This document shows, piece by piece, positions 1 through 6,746 of a stretch of 21,597 bases of DNA. Below the pieces are notes generated by a model that was not told the origin of the DNA, did not search any database, and was given only the letters and a program-made list of their open reading frames with translations. Position numbers and translations under genes: made by a program. Position 1 is the first letter of the stretch. Each line of letters begins with the position of its first letter. This stretch comes from Candidatus Bathyarchaeota archaeon RBG_16_48_13 (GTDB lineage: Archaea > Thermoproteota > Bathyarchaeia > RBG-16-48-13). The stretch spans positions 1-21,597 of the forward strand of contig MEZH01000004.1 in the NCBI GenBank assembly GCA_001775995.1, given 5' to 3'.

Positions 1-463
1 CCGTCTGGATGTGGGTTTTCATGACGGGCACGTTGATGAGCACATCGCAGTTGATGACGGTTTCTGGCACCCTCAGTTCCTTCAGGGCTCGACCCTTGGG
101 TATCTTGATTTCTACGATCTGATCCTTCTTCAGATCCACAAACTTGACACCGGTTCTTTCAGCCACAGCTTTAGTGCCGCTTACCTCGAATGATTCTGCA
201 GTATCTTTGTTGACTTCAGAACTCTCGGCTATGATTATCTCTTTCGGCTTGGCTTTTTTTATCAGATTGATAACAGCTTCGGTGACCTTTGGATTCGTCG
301 TGACACCAAGGTTTTGAGTTGGCTTCAATAAGTTCGGTTTCACAAGAACCCTGCTGCCAGGTGAAACGACGCTCTTGATGCCGCCAATTTTTCTAACGGC
401 CTCTTCAACCATTTTCTGGACATCTTTGCCCTTGACCACGGAAACAACAAATCTTTCATCCAA
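1..463 (-). CDS. DUF362-domain protein, 5' part (runs off the left edge; absent from the ORF track)
   Basis: Manual translation from TTG at 463, with GAGG upstream: MDERFVVSVVKGKDVQKMVEEAVRKIGGIKSVVSPGSRVLVKPNLL...TTNPKVTEAV...IIIAESS...CDVLINVPVMKTHIQT. The V-x-V-K-P-N, T-N-P and I-N-x-P-x-x-K-T-H motifs are typical of DUF362. Confidence 0.85.
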   Translation of the reverse strand, partial: MDERFVVSVVKGKDVQKMVEEAVRKIGGIKSVVSPGSRVLVKPNLLKPTQNLGVTTNPKVTEAVINLIKKAKPKEIIIAESSEVNKDTAESFEVSGTKAVAERTGVKFVDLKKDQIVEIKIPKGRALKELRVPETVINCDVLINVPVMKTHIQT

Positions 464-507
464 TCTCTTATCCTCATGTTGGCGATATCGTAGGTTGGAC
501 GTAGAGA

Positions 508-517
508 AAATATAAAC
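508..517 (-). promoter_or_regulatory. Putative TATA box for the DUF362 gene
   Basis: Minus strand reads TTTATATTTT, about 45-55 nt upstream of the TTG at 463. Confidence 0.45.
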
Positions 518-780
518 TTGCCCTGGGGCGAGATCCAGTATGAGTAAGAAGGGTTGGAGAGGCTTAAGTGGAAAGCTGTTCTCAGACTCTTAAAAGGGAC
601 GAGAATATTAAGATGCAGAAGAACGAGAGCATATAGACCCAGTGTTCTTGGTCATCCTGCAAATCATCCCTTTGATCGCGGGCCAAGATGTGGACCGAAT
701 GCACGTATTAAGAAAGAAGACTAGATGTGATACTTGGTTTTGCATTCGTTCTCAGCAATCATCTTGCCTTGCCAGCAGCT

Positions 781-1869
781 CTACCAAGGGTTCGTGAATA
801 GCTTCTTCATCAGGTCGATATCAACCTTCCCAGCATGATGAACCCTCCCCGTCCTGGTGTCGCTCAGCGACGCCTCGGCGACTACCCACATCCCCGCCAT
901 CGCTATGGCGCTGCGGATGCGCAGCCACGACTCCAGGTCCTTAACGTCCTTCGTCAGGTCCTCCATCGGCTGGAAGCTCCTTACCCTCGACTGGTAATAC
1001 GACCTTCCGTAGAGAGTGCCGTGGCTCTCCGTCGCGAGGTCCTTCACCATCAGGTCCATGTCCCACTCCTCTTTGGAGCGGACCCAGAAGTGCGCCCTGC
1101 CGCCGTAGTCTATCATGTCGTCCATCCAGGCGCACGGCTCCCTGAAGACGTTGGGCGATATGGGGCAGAGCGGCGTCGATCCCGACGCGTGCTCCATCCT
1201 CTCGTAGGGCACGTTGTGGTACTCGGTAAGGCGCCAGAACACATCCTCCACCCCGCTTGACGCGACATGTGTGACGCCCGCGACGCTCTCGGACGGCGTG
1301 ACTATTACATAGAGGGCCTTCGGCTCTACCCTGCACTTGTCGGCGATCGTCTGGACGAACTCCTCGTTAGGCAGCCCCTGGGCCTTGTCCCTCGTCTGGA
1401 CCACCACCACCCCCGCGTCCGGGTGCGGATCCCTGTAGCTGATCCTGTCCTTGAACACCCAGTCAGGATCCTGGGCCAGCGCCTTGGCGGGCCCCGATAT
1501 CCACGCAGGGAACGGGTGCTCCAGCGTCTCGGGCGGCGGAACTATGCCGAGCCAGACGAACTGGCAGACCCCTATGAGGGCTGGGAAGTTGGTGTGGCAG
1601 AACAGCGTCGGTATGGTGTAATCATCATAGGTGACATCAGTCACATGCGCGCCTCCGACCCCTCCGAACCTGATCTTCGTGATCAGCTCGCCAGCCTCAT
1701 AGCCCCCCGGAACCTTGACGCCGCAGTCGATCAGGGTGGCGCCGTTCTTCAGCTCTCCGACCTCGACCTGCAGCCTGTCGGAGTCCCGCATCATGTCCTT
1801 GACTATTCTTAGAGCAAGCTGGTTTACGCTTATCTTCTCTGCCCACGGTGGGCTCCAAGGTTCTACCAC
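781..1869 (-). CDS. Divergent methenyl-H4MPT cyclohydrolase (Mch)-family protein
   Basis: SVNQLA, NGATLIDCG, GGYEAG, SGPAKAL, LYVIVTPSESVAG, YGG and TGRVHHAGKVD follow Mch along its whole length. The catalytic motif is altered. The likely start is GTG at 1869, after SD-like GGAGCGTGA; the ORF track starts it at 1899. Confidence 0.85.
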   Translation of the reverse strand: MVEPWSPPWAEKISVNQLALRIVKDMMRDSDRLQVEVGELKNGATLIDCGVKVPGGYEAGELITKIRFGGVGGAHVTDVTYDDYTIPTLFCHTNFPALIGVCQFVWLGIVPPPETLEHPFPAWISGPAKALAQDPDWVFKDRISYRDPHPDAGVVVVQTRDKAQGLPNEEFVQTIADKCRVEPKALYVIVTPSESVAGVTHVASSGVEDVFWRLTEYHNVPYERMEHASGSTPLCPISPNVFREPCAWMDDMIDYGGRAHFWVRSKEEWDMDLMVKDLATESHGTLYGRSYYQSRVRSFQPMEDLTKDVKDLESWLRIRSAIAMAGMWVVAEASLSDTRTGRVHHAGKVDIDLMKKLFTNPW

Positions 1870-1912
1870 ATGGTTCACGCTCCGAAGACGAGCTGCCACT
1901 CGGTCCTGACGC

Positions 1913-2719
1913 CTAGTAAAGGACCGTGTACGGCAGCAGGACTATGTTCAAGATCAGCAGTATGATCAGGGACACGATGGCAATGTAATCAACGGTTTGG
2001 AATTTTATCTCCTTCACGAACGTCCTCTTGACAGGGGCGCCGAACGCCCTCGACTCGATGGCCACGTCCAGCTCGTCTGACCTCTTCAGCATCGCCAGCG
2101 TCAGCGGCGTCACCAGAGGAACGTATGCCCTGATCTTCTTGAAGAAGTTCATGTGCTCGAAATCGTAGGCCCTGAGCTTCTGGGCGTTGAGGATTTCACC
2201 CCAGGTCCTCGACATGAGGGGCGCGAACCTGAGAGCCGTTGAGAGGGTGAAGTTGAAGCTGTATGGGACTTTCAGCTTCGCCAAGGCCACGATGAAGGTC
2301 GAGAGAGGGGTCGTCATGGTCAGGATTGGGATGCTGAAGACGATGCACAGTATCCTGAGAGAAAGGGTGACCCCGAACAGGAAGCCCTCCAGGGTGTACG
2401 CCCCTATGTTCTTGCCACCTACGTTGAAGGTGAAGAGGGTGAAGAGCACCGTCTTGCCCCTCCAGTAAAAGAACCCCTGCACCAAAAGGAAGATCACTAT
2501 AGTTGTTGCCAGCAGCGCGAAAATGACTTTAAGCCTCGAAATCGGGATCCTAGCGACACCCCACCACGCCAAGATCACAACGAGCAGGATCGTCAACAGT
2601 ATGAGGTTCGGGAAAACTGACGCCAAGATGAAGCACATAGCCAAGAAGAACAGCTTCGTCACAGGGTTCATCCTGTGGACGGCCGTCTTTCCAGGCACGT
2701 ATTCAAGTATTGAAGCCAT
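1913..2719 (-). CDS. ecfT: ECF transporter transmembrane component T (copy 1)
   Basis: HRMNPVTK N-terminus, hydrophobic helices, ALRFAP, and the two X-R-X coupling motifs (KLRAY, ESRAFG). Confidence 0.92.
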   Translation of the reverse strand: MASILEYVPGKTAVHRMNPVTKLFFLAMCFILASVFPNLILLTILLVVILAWWGVARIPISRLKVIFALLATTIVIFLLVQGFFYWRGKTVLFTLFTFNVGGKNIGAYTLEGFLFGVTLSLRILCIVFSIPILTMTTPLSTFIVALAKLKVPYSFNFTLSTALRFAPLMSRTWGEILNAQKLRAYDFEHMNFFKKIRAYVPLVTPLTLAMLKRSDELDVAIESRAFGAPVKRTFVKEIKFQTVDYIAIVSLIILLILNIVLLPYTVLY

Positions 2720-2722
2720 TTT

Positions 2723-4438
2723 CTAGGCACCTCCATATGATGATAACAGGCCTTCTACCGACAATACGTTCGGCACCCCATGGTCCTTCATGGTTTGGGC
2801 GAGTTGCGTTATCTGGGGAGGCTTCAGGTAAGTCTTCTCCAGGATCCCGGTCTGGCTGAACACCTCTTCTGTCGGCCCGTCAAGGAGGATCTCTCCAAGC
2901 CCCATTACAACGGTGCGCTTCGCGTATTTCGCGACGAGGTCCATGTCATGGGTAATCATAATCACAGTGTGGCCTTTGTCATTCAGGTTCTTTGCGAGAT
3001 CGGTTATCTCGTATCGCCCCTTGTAATCCTGGGCGGTCGTGGGTTCGTCCAGAATTATGATCTTGGGCTCCATGGCTAGGACAGCAGCCACCGTCAGCTT
3101 TCTTCTGTCGGCGAAACTGAGTCTTAGCGGGTAGACGTTCTTGGAGTTCTCCAGCCCGACGGACTTGAGCGCCGAATCAACTCTCTTGTCTATCTCCTCC
3201 TTGGACAGCAGGAGGTTCTTGGGCCCGAACTCCACTTCTTCCTTCACCGAGAGGGCGAAGAGCTGATGGTCAGGGTTCTGGAGGATCAGACCCACCCTCT
3301 TGGCTATCTCTCCCGTCGTGAATTTCTTCGAGTCATCTCCATAAACCAGGACCTGCCCGGTGGTGGGCTTCAAGAGGCCGACAAAATGCTTCACAAGGGT
3401 TGTCTTCCCCGCGCCGTTCTGCCCGATTATCCCGACGAATTCTCCGTCGTATATTCTGACGTTTATATCCTTTAGGGCGAGCACGTTGCCTGGATAGGTG
3501 TGTGAAAGGTTCCTTGTCTCCAGGATCGGCGATCTGCCTTCCTCAGAGACCGCGGTGGCGCCAGCCGCCGGTTGAGTGCTGTGCGCTCTCCTCTTGTGGG
3601 GTTTAGGAATATCCGCCACAGCTTCCTGCAAAGTGATCGGCAACTTGTCGATCTTGAAGCCCTTCTTCCTCAGCTCAAAGCCCAACCTGGTCACGGGCGG
3701 AACCTTCACCTCGATCTTGTCTAGGAGATCGATCTTGCTGAAGACTTCGTGCGGATCGCCGCTTGCTATCATCTCGCCATCATTCAACAGGATTATCCTG
3801 TCGGCAATCTCTGCAACCTCTTCGCTCTTGTGCTCAGCCATCACGATGGTGACGCCATATTTCTTGTTAAGGTCCCTGACGACCGACAAGACCTCCGTTG
3901 AGCCGATCGGATCCATCTGAGAGGTGGGCTCATCAAGTACCAGAACGTCTGGGCGCATTGCGAGGACTGCGGCAAGAGCCAGACGCTGCTTCTGGCCGCC
4001 CGACATCTCGTTCGGGCTTCGGTCCAGCATCCCTTCCAACCTGACAGCCTTCAGAACGTAACTTGTCCTTTCGATGATTTCCTCTCGCGGTATTCCAAGG
4101 TTCTCCGGCCCGAATGCAACCTCCGTTTCGACGTCGGGGCATAGTATCTGGGTCTCTGGGTCCTGCAGCGCCATCCCGACCTTCTGGGCCAACTCATAGA
4201 CTGGATGTTCATCAGTTTTGAGGCCGCAGACGGTCACGATGCCGCTCTTCTCTCCCTCAACGACGTTAGGCACGATGCCATTCATGGTCATGCAAAGGGT
4301 GCTCTTCCCGGCTCCATTTGGACCCATTATGACTATGAACTCGCCCCTCTCGACATCGAAATTGATGTTCTTCAGGGCCTTAGCGCCGTTCGGGTAGGAG
4401 AACGAAAGATCCTTAACGGAGATTATGGTGTCGGTCAC
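2723..4438 (-). CDS. ECF transporter fused double ATPase (A-A'), copy 1
   Basis: Two nucleotide-binding domains: GPNGAGKS / MSGGQKQR / LVLDEPT and GQNGAGKT / LSFADRRK / IILDEPT. Q-loops LQDPETQ and LQNPDHQ are of the EcfA/CbiO type. Confidence 0.95.
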   Translation of the reverse strand: MTDTIISVKDLSFSYPNGAKALKNINFDVERGEFIVIMGPNGAGKSTLCMTMNGIVPNVVEGEKSGIVTVCGLKTDEHPVYELAQKVGMALQDPETQILCPDVETEVAFGPENLGIPREEIIERTSYVLKAVRLEGMLDRSPNEMSGGQKQRLALAAVLAMRPDVLVLDEPTSQMDPIGSTEVLSVVRDLNKKYGVTIVMAEHKSEEVAEIADRIILLNDGEMIASGDPHEVFSKIDLLDKIEVKVPPVTRLGFELRKKGFKIDKLPITLQEAVADIPKPHKRRAHSTQPAAGATAVSEEGRSPILETRNLSHTYPGNVLALKDINVRIYDGEFVGIIGQNGAGKTTLVKHFVGLLKPTTGQVLVYGDDSKKFTTGEIAKRVGLILQNPDHQLFALSVKEEVEFGPKNLLLSKEEIDKRVDSALKSVGLENSKNVYPLRLSFADRRKLTVAAVLAMEPKIIILDEPTTAQDYKGRYEITDLAKNLNDKGHTVIMITHDMDLVAKYAKRTVVMGLGEILLDGPTEEVFSQTGILEKTYLKPPQITQLAQTMKDHGVPNVLSVEGLLSSYGGA

Positions 4439-4455
4439 GTTGATTGCAACCCCGA

Positions 4456-4467
4456 TGAACGTAAAAT
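4456..4467 (-). promoter_or_regulatory. Conserved 12-bp element ATTTTACGTTCA upstream of ATPase 1
   Basis: 11/12 identical to ATTTGACGTTCA at 11736-11747. The two lie 18 and 19 nt from their ATPase start codons. Confidence 0.5.
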
Positions 4468-4490
4468 TAACTTATGACAGATTGGCTCAT

Positions 4491-4504
4491 AAAAAAAGAA
4501 AAAA
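4491..4504 (-). terminator. Oligo-T terminator T6-C-T7 after S component 1
   Basis: Plus strand AAAAAAAGAAAAAA, about 25 nt past the stop at 4530. An identical 14-mer follows S component 2. Confidence 0.7.
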
Positions 4505-4529
4505 TGTTGGTGCTCATCCTCTTTCAAGG

Positions 4530-5303
4530 TCACCAAACAGCTCTCGGGATCTTCTTCAGCCCACTCTTCTTTAGCCCTCTCAATATCGCCGTGCCGATAA
4601 TAGCCGCGACGGTGTAGAATATCGATGCCTGCCACCAGACCGCAAATATACCTATCCAGATGTTCAGAGACGGCGGAAAGACGTACCAGATGTCGTACCA
4701 GACCCAGCCAAGAAGATGTCCTATTTCCCGCGCAATCCAGGTTGTGAACCAGACCGCGATGAAGATCTTCACAGGGCTGTCGCTCCTCAACCATAGGTTG
4801 AGATGCTTGTACCCCAGGACGACCGTCCATAGAAGCCCTCCGAAAGCCACCCATACTATAGCCTGCCACATGTTGGGATCGAACGCCGGAAAGCCTCCCG
4901 CTGGTCCTGGCCATGCATACGGGATGAACATGAACATCACTGAGAACACTATCCACAGCGGAACCAGGTAGTACCATTTCCTGTTGGCCACAAGCCCTGC
5001 AGCTAGGGGAGGCAGTATCCAGCCATCAAGTATACCCAGAGCTCCAGTAGAGAAGGCTGCCGGGTTGATGAAAAGGCCTATGATTCCCCCGATCAGACCT
5101 GCGACGGCTCCTGCGAACGGGCCCAGCACCAGACCGGTCAGTGGAAGCAGAGCTGTAGCGAGCGGGAAGACCGCTCCTCCTTCCATGTAGTAGATCAGCG
5201 GGATGATTCCCGTTGCCCCCAAGATTGCACCGAAGATCGCAATCCACGAGAGAGGAGCGCCAAAAAGTGCGGCTCTCTGAGCACTAGTCTTGGTCTCTGC
5301 CAT
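4530..5303 (-). CDS. Putative ECF substrate-binding (S) component 1, unusually long (257 aa)
   Basis: Highly hydrophobic. AxxxA-like motif in TM1 (AIFGA) and an LGPxxGAxAxxIGG segment. Lies directly upstream of the ECF ATPase and T genes. Paralog at 11837-12595. Confidence 0.75.
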   Translation of the reverse strand: MAETKTSAQRAALFGAPLSWIAIFGAILGATGIIPLIYYMEGGAVFPLATALLPLTGLVLGPFAGAVAGLIGGIIGLFINPAAFSTGALGILDGWILPPLAAGLVANRKWYYLVPLWIVFSVMFMFIPYAWPGPAGGFPAFDPNMWQAIVWVAFGGLLWTVVLGYKHLNLWLRSDSPVKIFIAVWFTTWIAREIGHLLGWVWYDIWYVFPPSLNIWIGIFAVWWQASIFYTVAAIIGTAILRGLKKSGLKKIPRAVW

Positions 5304-5521
5304 TACTTACCACTCCCCTTCATTGATCTCTTAAGATACATCGCAACGACTACCAGGATGACTCCCACGACAGCCACGACCGCACCCATAGGAACGTTAG
5401 TCATATCAGCAATGTTCAACGAAGACACAACGATAGCGGCTCCTACTGCCAAGGCACCCCAACCGATCCACGAGAGAATCTCATAGCTAATATTACCAGT
5501 TGGTTTTGTTTCTTCTGCCAA
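5303..5521 (-). CDS. Small 2-TM membrane protein 1 (72 aa)
   Basis: TTG start with AGGTGA SD. Two hydrophobic helices. TAATG overlap with the S gene. Homolog in the same position in module 2. Confidence 0.8.
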   Translation of the reverse strand: MAEETKPTGNISYEILSWIGWGALAVGAAIVVSSLNIADMTNVPMGAVVAVVGVILVVVAMYLKRSMKGSGK

Positions 5522-5559
5522 GCATAGTCACCTAAAGATCATTTTTCTTTTGCAATCAC

Positions 5560-5568
5560 TATATAAAA
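5560..5568 (-). promoter_or_regulatory. TATA box of ECF operon 1
   Basis: Minus strand TTTTATATA about 40 nt upstream of the TTG at 5521, leaving room for a short leader that carries AGGTGA. Confidence 0.6.
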
Positions 5569-5612
5569 TTTGGCATCACGCGACTTTGGCGCCCATTTTT
5601 TACACGAATATG

Positions 5613-5619
5613 TATAAAA
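5613..5619 (+). promoter_or_regulatory. TATA box of the LLM oxidoreductase gene
   Basis: TATAAAA in the divergent intergenic region, upstream of the ATG at 5685. Confidence 0.5.
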
Positions 5620-5684
5620 TCTGTTGCGAAACGAAAAAACGTTCATCGCAAGGCTTTAAGATTCGGCCGCTCAACTGAATTCCC

Positions 5685-6698
5685 ATGGGCAGGATAAAGA
5701 TCGACGCGATAATAGCGCCAGAGTGCGATCTTAAGACCCTTGCAAGGCTTTCCAAGATGGCGGAGAAGTACAACTTCAACACCATATGGATGGGTGATGG
5801 CGCCTATCAGAGAGACTACGCGTCTTGCCTCACGATCATGGCTCAAGCCACCAAGAGGATAGGCGTGGGTTTGGCCGTGACCAACCCATATCTACGACAC
5901 CCCATCAAGAGCGCCTTGGCGATTGCCAGCGTAAACGAGATCTCCGGGGGGAGGGCTCTCATGGGGATCGGGGCGGGGAGCCTCGACACACTGAAGTCGC
6001 TCGGACACAATTGGAACATGCCGGTAGAGCGGATCTCCGACATGATAACGGCTGTCAGATCCTTCTTAAGCGGAAGATCGGTGGAACTGAAGACAGATAC
6101 AATAAGCATCGAGGGTGTGAAGGCCTGGATGCCGTTGATTAGCCCCATCCCGATCTATGTCGGTTGCAGGCGGCCCTTGATGATGAGGATGGCGGGAAGG
6201 TTTGCCGACGGTGTCCTCCTCGACAACGTCCCAATTGAATACCTGCCATTCGCTCTGGATCAACTCAAAACTGGGTCAGAGTTGTCTAGAAGGGATTTCA
6301 CCAAATTCGACGTTGGAAACCTCAGCATATTCGCGGTCTCCGAAGACAAGAAGGAGGCTATGAAAAGGGTCAAGAGGCACCTTCCATACGACTTTATCAC
6401 AATCTCCAAGAGGGAGCTCAAAGCCGTGGGCCTCACGCCGAGGGATATCGAACCAATGCTCGCCGCCCTACGGCGGCAGCTGCCGGAGGACTTCATGAAG
6501 GCTTCAGAATTCGTCACCGATTACATGGTCAAGAACTTCTCCACCAGCGGAACCCCTGAGGAGTGCATCAGGAGGATAAAGGATTATTCGAGAGCTGGAG
6601 TCACCAGGATCCTGCTCGGATTGCCCACAGAGCCAAGCGATAAGCCTGAGGAAACGCTGAAACTCGCGGGAGAATCAATCCTGCCTGAGCTAAATTGA
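5685..6698 (+). CDS. Luciferase-like (LLM) oxidoreductase, Mer-like, probably F420-dependent
   Basis: AEKYNFNTIW, AVTNPYLRHP, EISGGRALMGIGAG, PIPIYVG, AGRFADGVL and SGTPEEC are LLM/Mer motifs. F420 use is inferred from family and host type. Confidence 0.85.
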   Translation: MGRIKIDAIIAPECDLKTLARLSKMAEKYNFNTIWMGDGAYQRDYASCLTIMAQATKRIGVGLAVTNPYLRHPIKSALAIASVNEISGGRALMGIGAGSLDTLKSLGHNWNMPVERISDMITAVRSFLSGRSVELKTDTISIEGVKAWMPLISPIPIYVGCRRPLMMRMAGRFADGVLLDNVPIEYLPFALDQLKTGSELSRRDFTKFDVGNLSIFAVSEDKKEAMKRVKRHLPYDFITISKRELKAVGLTPRDIEPMLAALRRQLPEDFMKASEFVTDYMVKNFSTSGTPEECIRRIKDYSRAGVTRILLGLPTEPSDKPEETLKLAGESILPELN

Positions 6699-6746
6699 GT
6701 CAGACGACTCCCAGAGGAGGGCTCGGGGGAGAATCCCGGAGACGAC

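Noticed and set aside
464-780. 317-bp gap as a possible small gene or ncRNA
   Set aside because: Only very short ORFs on either strand, and no convincing stem or known RNA motif.
835-1812. Antisense ORFs of 141 and 181 aa over the Mch-like gene
   Set aside because: Shadow ORFs expected opposite a GC-rich gene. No recognisable motifs or SD.
4435-4977. 180-aa same-strand alternative-frame ORF across S component 1
   Set aside because: Runs through the terminator (encoding FFFFY) and has no counterpart in module 2.
6697-6746. GAGTC-N4-GACTC and G/C-rich mini-stems between the convergent LLM and PyrD-like genes
   Set aside because: Stems of about 5 bp are too weak to call.
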